DNA of 58,938 nucleotides from Candidatus Heimdallarchaeota archaeon. GTDB lineage: Archaea; Asgardarchaeota; Heimdallarchaeia; Heimdallarchaeales; Kariarchaeaceae. Both the position numbers and the translations under genes were made by a program. Position 1 is the first letter of the stretch. Each line of letters opens with the position of its first letter. Under the pieces are notes generated by a model. That model did not search any database, was not told the DNA's origin, and was given only the letters and a program-made list of their open reading frames with translations. The stretch spans positions 1-58,938 of the forward strand of contig WAKA01000122.1 of NCBI GenBank assembly GCA_015523565.1. The letters are read 5' to 3'. Below, in pieces: positions 25,972 to 35,573 of this stretch.

Positions 25972-26259
25972 TTAAGAGGCAGGTTCAGAAACCTCTATTT
26001 TTTCCAATTCATCAACATCCCAGACTTCAGGAGGTGGTGTGACAATCAAGGTAAATCCTATCCAAGCAGTAATAGCCAAAACACCAATGGTCATTACAAG
26101 AACTGGAATTGCAAGTGCCCAATAAACTGTGGTTTGGGTAAATACCAGATTTGGATCTGTTGATGTCAACGGGATAACAACACCGAAATAGATTTCAGCC
26201 ACAATCAGTGCAATGCTTACAAGTGTAAGGATAAATCCGATAATTTTATCGTTGCTCAT
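25972..26259 (-). CDS. Small 2-TM protein resembling DPM2/PIG-P
   Basis: MSNDKIIGFILTLVSI...YWALAIPV...WIGFTLIVTPPP; two TM helices and an acidic tail. Confidence 0.6.
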   Translation of the reverse strand: MSNDKIIGFILTLVSIALIVAEIYFGVVIPLTSTDPNLVFTQTTVYWALAIPVLVMTIGVLAITAWIGFTLIVTPPPEVWDVDELEKIEVSEPAS

Positions 26260-26342
26260 ATGACGAATGTCGAGAGTAAGAATAAATAGATTACTCTATT
26301 GAATGAAAAAATAGCATTATTCATTGAACAATTGTAGGATAC

Positions 26343-28232
26343 TTAGTTAGTGATTTCAGAAAGAGTAATTTGATTGTTGACCAACCGGTAGTATGCACCT
26401 TTTTGACGGATCAGTTCATCATGCGTTCCAACTTCCACAATTTTTCCCTTGTCAATAACAACAATCTGGTCAGCATCCCTGATTGTAGATAATCTATGGG
26501 CTATGACAAAAGCAGTTCTGCCCTTTAAAATGTGTTTCATTGATTGCTGGATTTTCATTTCAGTAAAAATATCGATATTTGAGGTTGCCTCATCAAGGAT
26601 AACTACAGTAGGGTCTGCAAGCAAAACTGCAGCAAAGATTATCAGTTGACGTTGACCGATTGAAAGACGACCTCCTCTCTCTTGTAAAGGAGTATCCAAC
26701 CCATTTTCCATTGTTTCAACAAACTCTTTCAATCCAACAAGATCTAGAACCCTCCACATTTCATCCTCACTTGCCAATGGATTTCCCAATTTCAGATTTT
26801 CACGGATACTGCCTGAAAACAAGAAGAAATCTTGGGGAACTGCAACAACCTGTTCACGTATTGATGGAAGTGAGAATTTTGTCACCTCGTAATCATCAAT
26901 CAAAAGATGACCCTTTTTTATTGGATAAAGTCTTGACAGAATATTGATGATTGTTGTCTTTCCTGCACCTGTATGACCTACAATCGCAATTTTTTTGCCC
27001 GCAGGGACATGAAGGTTAAAGTTTTCATAAATGGGATTGTTTTCCTCATATTCAAAGGTAATATCTTGAAAATGCACTTCACCCTTTGTTGGAGGGAGAT
27101 TGGGATGATCAAGGTTCCATGGCACTTTTGTTGGAGTTTCCAAAAGAGCTTTCACTCTTTCAGCACCAGTAAGGGCATCTTGCAGTTGCTCATAAAAATT
27201 TCCCAGTATAACAACAGGTCTGAAAAGGATTGAGTTATAGTTAATGTATGCAATTAAAGTGCCAATAGTAATTGCTCCAGCAATAACCTTGAGACCACCA
27301 ACAAAAAAGATAGTGGCAACAGCTATACTTGAGAAATACATCATCGAAGGGAAGAAAAATGCATTGATATCAACTGCCCGCTGTTGGGCAATCCTTCGAC
27401 CGTCATTGATGGATCTAAAAATTTCAATGTTCACATCTTCTCTACTCAATCCTTTCGTTACTTTAATACCCGCGATAGATTCAGCAAGTGAAGCCATTAG
27501 TATCGAATTTCTTCTTCTTGCCTCCTTTCTTCGAGGACGGGAATATTTCCTTGCACGCCTACCCAAAAAGAAAACTGGCATCATCAGGAAAATGGAGACA
27601 ATGGCAAGCTGAACATCCAGTTGAAAAACAATTAGTAGGACAGCAACCACCGTAATGAGATTGACAATATTTTGAACAACTGCGCCGCCAATGAATTCCC
27701 AAACGGCGGCAACATCAGACGTGACCCTGCTCATGATCCGTCCTACCTCATTCTTATCATGATAGGTCATATCCAGTTCCTGTAAGTGCACAAAAAGGTC
27801 GTATCGAAGTTGGTTTGTTGACTTTAGGCCAACAGCACCAATGATGGTCCTTTGACGATATGTTGTAAAGAAGACCATTGCTTGGGTAAACAAATAAGCC
27901 AATGAAAGTATGGCAACTTGGAACCATAGTTTCTCCATATTGGGGAACAATTTTTCCATGATGGCCACGAATGGCTCTGCAATATACCTATCCGCGAATT
28001 CAAACCCAAACACTGCGTCAATGACCTTTTTTTGAAATGTATCAACAGCCCTTAAAATCAGTAATGGACCCAATACTGTGAAAAAAGAATAGAAAACCAT
28101 GTAGACAATTGTTTCAAAAATTTCCTTTTTGTATGGCTTAGCATAGTCATACATGAATTTATAGAGTTCCCAGTCGGAATATCCAAAATCACCCTTTTGT
28201 GTCTCTTTCTCGGCATCTGTATGTATACTCAT
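26343..28232 (-). CDS. Heterodimeric ABC exporter subunit (TMD+NBD)
   Basis: Walker A GHTGAGKT, signature LSIGQ, Walker B ILDE and H-switch IAHRLST. Confidence 0.93.
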   Translation of the reverse strand: MSIHTDAEKETQKGDFGYSDWELYKFMYDYAKPYKKEIFETIVYMVFYSFFTVLGPLLILRAVDTFQKKVIDAVFGFEFADRYIAEPFVAIMEKLFPNMEKLWFQVAILSLAYLFTQAMVFFTTYRQRTIIGAVGLKSTNQLRYDLFVHLQELDMTYHDKNEVGRIMSRVTSDVAAVWEFIGGAVVQNIVNLITVVAVLLIVFQLDVQLAIVSIFLMMPVFFLGRRARKYSRPRRKEARRRNSILMASLAESIAGIKVTKGLSREDVNIEIFRSINDGRRIAQQRAVDINAFFFPSMMYFSSIAVATIFFVGGLKVIAGAITIGTLIAYINYNSILFRPVVILGNFYEQLQDALTGAERVKALLETPTKVPWNLDHPNLPPTKGEVHFQDITFEYEENNPIYENFNLHVPAGKKIAIVGHTGAGKTTIINILSRLYPIKKGHLLIDDYEVTKFSLPSIREQVVAVPQDFFLFSGSIRENLKLGNPLASEDEMWRVLDLVGLKEFVETMENGLDTPLQERGGRLSIGQRQLIIFAAVLLADPTVVILDEATSNIDIFTEMKIQQSMKHILKGRTAFVIAHRLSTIRDADQIVVIDKGKIVEVGTHDELIRQKGAYYRLVNNQITLSEITN

Positions 28233-30064
28233 TTAGACATCCCTCCTCTGCCCTTCTCTTCCTCCATTATTGAAATTGCACCTTGTAATGCCTTGAACTT
28301 TTTAATATCATATTCTTCCATAAGTACAAGATCCTCAACTTGTTGTTCAATTGCATCAATGAATTCGCGATAAAGCCCGGGTTGACTGATAAGATCCTCA
28401 TGCCGACCGTCTTGGACAACCTGCCCCTTTTCCAACATGACAATTCGATCAACATATTTTAAGCTGGACGGTCGTTGGGAAATTATGATCATGGTTTTTG
28501 TTCCAAGATGATCGTTAATGTTCTTTTGAAGAATTGCCTCAGTTTCTGGATCCACAGCAGAAACAGAATCATCAAAAATTAAAATGGGCGGATTAGCCAA
28601 AAGAACACGTGCAATAGCAATTCTTTGCCTTTGTCCACCAGAGAGGGTGACTCCGCGTTCACCAACAATTGTATCATAGCCGTCTGGGAATTCCATGATA
28701 AAATCATGTGCTTTAGCCAATTTAGCGGCCTTAACAATTTCATCAAAAGATGCATCCTTTTTGCCAAAAGCAATGTTGTCCCTTATGGATAGTGTGAAAA
28801 GGAAATTGTCTTGATGGACAATTCCAACCAAATCCCTTACTGACTTAAGGGAATATCTGCGTATATCACATCCCCCAATTTTTATGACTCCCTTTTCCGG
28901 ATCAAAAAATCGAGGGATTAAGTTGATCAGTGTTGACTTTCCAGATCCAGTTGGTCCAAGCAATGCTATGCGTTCCCCTTCATTAATTTTAAGGGAGATA
29001 TCCTTCAACACATAATTTTTGCTTTTTGGATACCTGAAATAAACATGGTCAAATTCAATTGAATAAGTTTCAGGACGGATATCAGGGGCATTGGGAATCT
29101 CTTTGAGATGTTTTTCTGCGTTAAGAACTTCCTCTAACCTTCGAGCCGCAGTGTTTGCCGTTTGAAGCTGAATAGCCAAATCCCCCATGAATCTTCCTGG
29201 AACCATTATTTGGAGTGACAAAAGCATGAATGCCACAAAACTTCCTGTATCTATAATCCCAAGACTTGTAAACGCCCCCCCAACAAAAAGAAGAATAACC
29301 AGGGAAAGCGAAAGAAGGAAAATCATTCCAGGTTGCAGAGTTGCCCTGACCTTAACAACTTCAAGCGATGCATCTAAAAAATCTTGATTGACCTTGTTAA
29401 ACCGCTCGATTTCATCAAATTCACGACCGAAAGATTTAACGGTTTTTATCCCTGCAAAATTTTCGGCAAGCGTTTCACTGACGCGACCAAACTCATATTG
29501 GGATTTGTAGAATTTTTCAGCATTTCTTTTTGTTGAATAGCCCAAAACAAAAAGGATGACGGGTACAATCATTAAGAAAACTAGGGCAAGTGTCAGTGAT
29601 GTGTTCAAAAGAGAGATGAGAGCGCCAATGAAGAGAGAGATTGTCAAAAGCATGATCCGATAGCCCCAACCAAGAATTTGTTGGAGGGAATACACTTCTT
29701 GAATTGATCGTGCCATTATTTGACCAATGCTTTCTTTGGAATAGTATTCCAAATCCAAACTTTGTAATTTAGTAAAAATATCTTGACGAATATCAAACTG
29801 GATTTTTTGGGAATATCTGTTGTTGACAAGCCTAAGCATCATTCCAGAAAGCCAATCAAGAGTGCCGAAAAATAGAATGGTGAAAAAACCGAGATATAAT
29901 AAATCAGGACGTTTAGTGGAAATATATTTTGCAATGCTTGAACGGATTGACAAGGGAATTTGAGTTTGCGCATAAGCAGAGATAAATATGAGCAGATTTA
30001 TGAGAATAAAACGGGATTTCTGTCTTTTGACATATGGGTAAATAAACTTGAAGAACCGAACCAA
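28229..30064 (-). CDS. Heterodimeric ABC exporter subunit (TMD+NBD), degenerate site
   Basis: Walker A GPTGSGKS, LSGGQ, Walker B IFDD (E to D) and switch ISQ (H to Q); 4-bp overlap with its partner. Confidence 0.93.
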   Translation of the reverse strand: MVRFFKFIYPYVKRQKSRFILINLLIFISAYAQTQIPLSIRSSIAKYISTKRPDLLYLGFFTILFFGTLDWLSGMMLRLVNNRYSQKIQFDIRQDIFTKLQSLDLEYYSKESIGQIMARSIQEVYSLQQILGWGYRIMLLTISLFIGALISLLNTSLTLALVFLMIVPVILFVLGYSTKRNAEKFYKSQYEFGRVSETLAENFAGIKTVKSFGREFDEIERFNKVNQDFLDASLEVVKVRATLQPGMIFLLSLSLVILLFVGGAFTSLGIIDTGSFVAFMLLSLQIMVPGRFMGDLAIQLQTANTAARRLEEVLNAEKHLKEIPNAPDIRPETYSIEFDHVYFRYPKSKNYVLKDISLKINEGERIALLGPTGSGKSTLINLIPRFFDPEKGVIKIGGCDIRRYSLKSVRDLVGIVHQDNFLFTLSIRDNIAFGKKDASFDEIVKAAKLAKAHDFIMEFPDGYDTIVGERGVTLSGGQRQRIAIARVLLANPPILIFDDSVSAVDPETEAILQKNINDHLGTKTMIIISQRPSSLKYVDRIVMLEKGQVVQDGRHEDLISQPGLYREFIDAIEQQVEDLVLMEEYDIKKFKALQGAISIMEEEKGRGGMSK

Positions 30065-30147
30065 TTGAGCCTACCGAATGAAAATTCGAAGAAGTCTTAT
30101 AAATCCTGTATGCAATAGGCAAATTACATTTACAATTAAAAAGAAAT

Positions 30148-30705
30148 TTAATGGTCGTTACCCGAATGAATCTCTATCATTTCATTGACCAGCCAAGAAA
30201 ATACGTCATTGATTCCTTGACCATTCAATGCACTAGTTTCAAAGTATTCAAGCGGAGAATCTCCCAATGTTTCTTTCAATAGATAAGCAACACCTTCAAG
30301 ATTAGTTTCTGTAACTTTCCTTAAATCCACCAAGTCAATCTTGTTTGCTACCAGTGCCACAGGAATTGGATATTCGTGGGGAACCTTGTTTATGTCTTCG
30401 AGCCACCAGATCAAGGTCTGGATATTAATTTCTGTTGTTGAATCAATCACTAAAACAGCACCGCTAATTCCAGACATATATGATTGCCTGATATTTCGAA
30501 ATTCCACATCACCAGCCATGTCCCAAATAACTAATTCAGCCTGTATGTCACCTCTCTCAATGTTTTTCTTTGAAATTTCCACGCCTATTGTTTTCATGTA
30601 ATTGTTTTTGAAGCCTTCCTCCATGTAGACCTTTCTTATTGAGGTCTTACCCACCCCTTGGTCACCTAGTAGGCAAACTTTGAATGAAAAAGATTGTTGA
30701 AACAT
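30148..30705 (-). CDS. Rab-like small GTPase
   Basis: FKVCLLGDQGVGKTS, YMKTIGVEI, IWDMAG, ANKID and FETSA. Confidence 0.92.
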   Translation of the reverse strand: MFQQSFSFKVCLLGDQGVGKTSIRKVYMEEGFKNNYMKTIGVEISKKNIERGDIQAELVIWDMAGDVEFRNIRQSYMSGISGAVLVIDSTTEINIQTLIWWLEDINKVPHEYPIPVALVANKIDLVDLRKVTETNLEGVAYLLKETLGDSPLEYFETSALNGQGINDVFSWLVNEMIEIHSGNDH

Positions 30706-30825
30706 TTCTACAAGTTATTCATTTATAATGAAATAAAAAAAAATTCCTATGAATTTTTGAAAAATTCGCGTTTTATTTTTTGTGTAGACTAAAGCTATTA
30801 AATATCAAAAGGTTTTGGAAGAAGT

Positions 30826-31593
30826 GTGGAGCTTTCTGAAGAAGATACTAAACTTCTATTTTCCTTGCTTAAACTTAACATGAAAAAAATTGTGTTGACT
30901 GGACCAACAGGTGCAGGAAAAACCACAATTTTTAAGCTGATTTTTCCCTATGATGAGAAAAATCTGGCAGAGGTTGATAGAAAAATAGAAAAAGAACAGA
31001 AAACCGAAATTTCCATTTCACAGGTAGCAAAAGACCAATTCAAGGATTCCACCACCACGGTGAGCTTTAATGTAACATCAGTAGTTGCATGTATTGATAG
31101 GGCAAATAGAATGCATTTGTTCCATTTAAGAGGTGATTTGGGGTTTTTGATTGAAAACGAATATGATTACATCCTTCCTATGCAAATTGTTGACTTAGCG
31201 GGTCAGGATCGATTTTCGTTTATGGTGGAAACAATGGTCAAAGGCGCTAGTGGAGCCATACTTGTGGCAGATGGGACAAACGTCAGTAGTATTAATAGAT
31301 TGCCAGAATTCAAGGAATATATCAGGGATGAGGAACTTAGAACAGGAAGAAAAATTGAGACCGTCGCGTTTGTCAACAAATCAGACATGCGAGAGCAAAA
31401 CCTGTATGTAGGATCAGAGATTGCAAGATCTGCACTTCCACAGGAAATTCCAGTTTTTGAAACAACAATTTATGATAAAGACACCCTTATTTTCCCGATT
31501 AGACAATTAATTGTCAAGACATTTGATGATCCATTGAATAACGAAAAATTGAAAGAATATTTACGCAAAATGAAACAAGTTAAAAGAAAATAA
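30826..31593 (+). CDS. Small GTPase (MglA/Arf-like) with inserts
   Basis: G1 GPTGAGKTT, G2 STTTV, G3 DLAGQDRF and G4 VNKSD. Confidence 0.85.
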   Translation: MELSEEDTKLLFSLLKLNMKKIVLTGPTGAGKTTIFKLIFPYDEKNLAEVDRKIEKEQKTEISISQVAKDQFKDSTTTVSFNVTSVVACIDRANRMHLFHLRGDLGFLIENEYDYILPMQIVDLAGQDRFSFMVETMVKGASGAILVADGTNVSSINRLPEFKEYIRDEELRTGRKIETVAFVNKSDMREQNLYVGSEIARSALPQEIPVFETTIYDKDTLIFPIRQLIVKTFDDPLNNEKLKEYLRKMKQVKRK

Positions 31594-32571
31594 TCACAAC
31601 TCTGTTTCAAAATGTATTGCTTGATCAAGGGTAAAAGAAACAGGATCATCCACATATTGCACAATGAATCCAGTTCTTGAATGAATGGTGCCTGGAAGTC
31701 GGATGAGACGTTTTGTATCAATAGTAACCTTATGATCAATACGGGGATACCTATATTTAATCAACATGCCAAGGAAAGCTTCATGGTTTTTGGGCACTAC
31801 ATCAATGAAACGTGAATAGGAACCTTGAGTAAGAGTGGTAACCATTCGTTTGTACGCGGTCTTTTTTATGTTAATCTCTGCAAATACTTTTTCAGGAGTA
31901 TTCAACACAAATTGCTTTCCAAGTAACCGAAAAATCCGTTCTTTCAACCTTTCAGCGCCTGAAGAGATGTCTTCAATCCTTTGTTCACCAAGTGGGTCAT
32001 GGATAAGTTGCATATAGCTCACAATCCCACTCCTTTGCTCTTGAGTCAGGGAATAAGCTTCCTTATCAAGCACCCAGCAATGATATCCACGACCCCCAGT
32101 GAAGACCCATACAATTTTTTTGAAACCAAAATCCTTTCTGAGGGTCTCATCAATTATTGCGGCGGCATCTTGCATCAAGGGCCAACATTCCTCACAGACT
32201 TTTTTTTGACCTTTGCAAGAACAAAACCTGACAGGATCATACTCATTGGCATCAAGATCAAAAACTAGTTCACGACCAATCCATTTTACATCGTGGATTG
32301 TAATGGGTTGATGACCCCCGAAAGTTCCCCTCAAAGGAAACTCATATTCCGCGCCGATGTATGCACCAGCAACTGGAAATGTGTAAAGGTATTCATGGAG
32401 GTGGGCAGGTTCACTAAAAGACCTGTTTCTAACAAAATGGCTTCCAAGAATATCAAAGCCAAATTCCCTATAAGCGAACCTTTCTGGATTGACAACTTTG
32501 AAAATATAATCAGGCTTAAATCGATCCTGATAGAATTTTTTCAACAATTTCCCTAAATTCTCGTGAGCCAT
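31594..32571 (-). CDS. priS: DNA primase catalytic (small) subunit
   Basis: REFGF, ELVFDLD, VFTGGRGYH and IDHKVTIDTKRLIRLPGTIH. Confidence 0.95.
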   Translation of the reverse strand: MAHENLGKLLKKFYQDRFKPDYIFKVVNPERFAYREFGFDILGSHFVRNRSFSEPAHLHEYLYTFPVAGAYIGAEYEFPLRGTFGGHQPITIHDVKWIGRELVFDLDANEYDPVRFCSCKGQKKVCEECWPLMQDAAAIIDETLRKDFGFKKIVWVFTGGRGYHCWVLDKEAYSLTQEQRSGIVSYMQLIHDPLGEQRIEDISSGAERLKERIFRLLGKQFVLNTPEKVFAEINIKKTAYKRMVTTLTQGSYSRFIDVVPKNHEAFLGMLIKYRYPRIDHKVTIDTKRLIRLPGTIHSRTGFIVQYVDDPVSFTLDQAIHFETEL

Positions 32572-32586
32572 TTTGTTATTACGCCC

Positions 32587-33192
32587 TTATGTAAATTGAT
32601 TGAAAGAAATCAAGAAATAAATTCCAAGAATAACTAAAACTATTGCGTTAAGGATAAGGTAAAAACGTGTCAGATTGGTAGGGAGCGTTTCACGTTTGGC
32701 TCCAAAAAATTTTACAAATCCTGGAAAATGAATTAGGTAAGTCCCTTGAAGTTTTTGGCTGATTTCTTCACCAGTCAACCCTGTCGCAAACCACTCAACA
32801 GCATATACTATGTTTAATGGGTCTTTGGAATCGGGATTCCATGTTGGGAAATAGTCTAAGATTAAATGAGATGCCTTACCAATAAAGAAGAATGATAAAA
32901 TGGGTAAAAGAATGTTGGTCTCTGTGCGGTTACCTGAGAGAAGTACCAACCCCATCATAATTAGACCCGGAAATGCGGAGTGGGTAAACCAATCCCTATG
33001 GTTAAACGCGTGTTTCCACATTTGATCCAAATCAGGAAACTGTGCACCAAAAATGCTCATCAAAAATGCGATTAGAAGCCATGAAAGGTCTCTTGGATAA
33101 ACAAAAGTGTAGGATTCCAATACATACAGCAGAAGAATGGTTATGAAATAAGAGACCAAACCAGCGTTAACATGCCATTTTCTACTTGCCAT
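32587..33192 (-). CDS. Membrane metal-dependent hydrolase (YdjM-like)
   Basis: N-terminal H, GAQFPDLD, HRDWFTHS and SHLILD. Confidence 0.75.
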   Translation of the reverse strand: MASRKWHVNAGLVSYFITILLLYVLESYTFVYPRDLSWLLIAFLMSIFGAQFPDLDQMWKHAFNHRDWFTHSAFPGLIMMGLVLLSGNRTETNILLPILSFFFIGKASHLILDYFPTWNPDSKDPLNIVYAVEWFATGLTGEEISQKLQGTYLIHFPGFVKFFGAKRETLPTNLTRFYLILNAIVLVILGIYFLISFNQFT

Positions 33193-33322
33193 ATCTTGTG
33201 AATGTTGTTTCCAACATTATAAATAGTTTTCCTGAAAGTAAAGATGTTGTCCAGTTTAACCCTTTTTTTTGGATATTTTCAATCCCAAAAAAAATATAAC
33301 GTGTGGAACACTTCAAATAATT

Positions 33323-35530
33323 GTGTATAGGAAAACAAGTGTACTTATTTTGATTTTTCTATTTGTGGCTTCTGGTTTTTTTCCACCAAATGCGAGACCA
33401 CAGGTTCAAAATATTAGATTCCAGGAAATACAATCACTTAAGGTAGAAACAGTTAACTCTACAGATAGTGAAGTAATGAGTGGCATAATCGCCCATATCG
33501 AAAAGCAAAACCAGAAACTAGGATCATGGCAATTTCAAGTGGATGTCAATGACACCCGTGTATTCTATGGGCTTGTAGGTATGAGTGGATTAGGAATGCG
33601 ATTTTTGAGTGCTTTGGAAAAATATGGGAATATTTTGTCACAGGATGAAAAAGAAAAATTGTTGAGTTTTGCAAGAGAAATTGGAGATGAGTTATTATCT
33701 CAAGCAAGTATAAACAATGCCACCCATTTGATATGGACTGTTTCCAACAATGACAGTGTGGTGGATTATGGTTACGATTTTGGATTGGCGGGAATTGCGT
33801 CATTTTATGCAAAATTATTCAATCATACAAATGATGCAGGTGATAAAAATACAGCAATGAAAATTCTAGAAACCATCCAAAAAGGCGCCAACCATTCTGA
33901 CGGATATTATTGGAACTCTCAATTGTTCCCATTATTGAACGGAACGGAATGGTATCCAACTTTTGACTTCCAAGCATTGAATTTAACTCAAGCAACATTT
34001 TTGGGGGTCAATTTTGGAACAGCAGGAATTATACAAGCCGCGATGGACTATGCCATCTATACAGGAGACAAGTCAAACAGTATTGTCCAGAATTTGATTG
34101 ACAAAGGAATGAATTGGATCCTTCAAAAGAAAAAAACAAATTCTTCAGAAGTGTATTTCCCTGTAGCAAATGAAAGACAAGATGTCTTGTCTTCAAGCAG
34201 GGCATCAGGAATTGCAGGACTAATAGAAGTATTTAGTCAGTTGCAAAAACTAAATGCAACATATTCATTGCAAGATGAAATCAATGGAATGGTATCATGG
34301 CTGGTTGGAGAAAATGATGGAGAATCCAGAATTGGGGTGACATGGTTCAATCAAACTGGAGAGATTTTTGACCAGATAGAATATGGTCTTCGATACGGGT
34401 TAGCAGGCATTTTAAAGGTCATTGCAGCCACTGACATTTCAACAGACATCGTTATGACTGCACTTGATGATGAACTTTACAATTTCCAAGAGGTAGGAAG
34501 AGAAAAAGATGGAGCAGTACTTTATCCAGAAAGAATTTCCTTTAACTTTTTGGAACGAGAGGGATCAATTTCATATGAATTTGGTGCAGGAGGTCTTATT
34601 GAGGTACTCCCACAGTTTGAAGAGGGAAATTTCAGTTATTTGTTGGGGCTAACAGCAAAGATAAAAGCAGGAATTTACTCTTCGCTTGTTGAGAATAGCA
34701 CAGGATTTGCGTTCATAGACAAAGATTTTCAGAGGATCAATTTTAGCCCAATCAATGGGATACCAAGCGTATTGGAATACCTGCCAACAAATGTGGAAGG
34801 GGAAATAGCAGTAATACCTACAAAAATTTCATTTGACCAAATAGTTGAAGGGGAAAATCAAGAAAAAACAGTGATTATAAACAATTTTGGGGATGGCCTT
34901 ATGGAAGTCTCGTTTTCCACCAATACCAGCAACTTTGCAGCACCAAATGAGAAAGTTACATTGCAAGAATGGTCAAGGGCAATAGCCACAATTTCATTTT
35001 CACCTGTTTCAGAAGGGCAAATCAATGGAAAACTGACAATAGATTATAATGATAAGACCTACAAGAATCAAGGAAGCATTTCAATTCAATTGCATGGAAC
35101 TGGATTTGACATGCCGAAAATTGCCTTGACAAGTCCAAAAAATGGAACCACGGTAAATGGAACAACAACATTTAAGTTCGAGATTACAGACGAATCGGGA
35201 ATTAAAAGTGCAACATTTGCAATTGCAAATGACTCGTTATTTGAGAAAACATTGGTTTCGGGTTCTTTGAAAGAAGATGGAACGACCTATAGCATTACAG
35301 TGAACACACAGGCTTTGGACAATGGAGAATATTTCATGAGGATAACCGCAATAGACTTTCTAAATGTAAAGTCTGAATTGACAATAAAGTTTGTTGTCTC
35401 AAATCAACCAGGAGAAACCATTCCTGAAGAAACCCTTAACATTCTACTTTGGGGATTGGGAGGATTGACCGCAATTGCCGCAATCGGTGCTACATTTTTT
35501 ACGATAAAGTATGTTAGAGGAAATAAATGA
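33323..35530 (+). CDS. Secreted, membrane-anchored LanC-like (alpha/alpha barrel) protein with two Ig-like domains
   Basis: Signal peptide (probable GTG start at 33323). Seven GxxG repeats: LVGMSGL, DFGLAGI, NFGTAGI, ASGIAGL, RYGLAGI, EFGAGGL, INGIPSV. ASH-like and Big-like (SPKNGTTVNG) domains, then a C-terminal TM. Confidence 0.65.
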   Translation: MYRKTSVLILIFLFVASGFFPPNARPQVQNIRFQEIQSLKVETVNSTDSEVMSGIIAHIEKQNQKLGSWQFQVDVNDTRVFYGLVGMSGLGMRFLSALEKYGNILSQDEKEKLLSFAREIGDELLSQASINNATHLIWTVSNNDSVVDYGYDFGLAGIASFYAKLFNHTNDAGDKNTAMKILETIQKGANHSDGYYWNSQLFPLLNGTEWYPTFDFQALNLTQATFLGVNFGTAGIIQAAMDYAIYTGDKSNSIVQNLIDKGMNWILQKKKTNSSEVYFPVANERQDVLSSSRASGIAGLIEVFSQLQKLNATYSLQDEINGMVSWLVGENDGESRIGVTWFNQTGEIFDQIEYGLRYGLAGILKVIAATDISTDIVMTALDDELYNFQEVGREKDGAVLYPERISFNFLEREGSISYEFGAGGLIEVLPQFEEGNFSYLLGLTAKIKAGIYSSLVENSTGFAFIDKDFQRINFSPINGIPSVLEYLPTNVEGEIAVIPTKISFDQIVEGENQEKTVIINNFGDGLMEVSFSTNTSNFAAPNEKVTLQEWSRAIATISFSPVSEGQINGKLTIDYNDKTYKNQGSISIQLHGTGFDMPKIALTSPKNGTTVNGTTTFKFEITDESGIKSATFAIANDSLFEKTLVSGSLKEDGTTYSITVNTQALDNGEYFMRITAIDFLNVKSELTIKFVVSNQPGETIPEETLNILLWGLGGLTAIAAIGATFFTIKYVRGNK

Positions 35531-35573
35531 GAAAATACCCTTATCAATCCAAAAAATATCTTCTCTATAAGAA

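Noticed and set aside
26343-30064. Degenerate ATPase motifs in the ABC pair as a novelty
   Set aside because: One degenerate and one consensus site is the standard arrangement of TM287/288- and TmrAB-type heterodimeric exporters.
33323-35530. Lanthipeptide biosynthetic cluster
   Set aside because: There is no LanB/LanM or precursor peptide, the Zn ligands are absent, and the protein is predicted to be extracellular.
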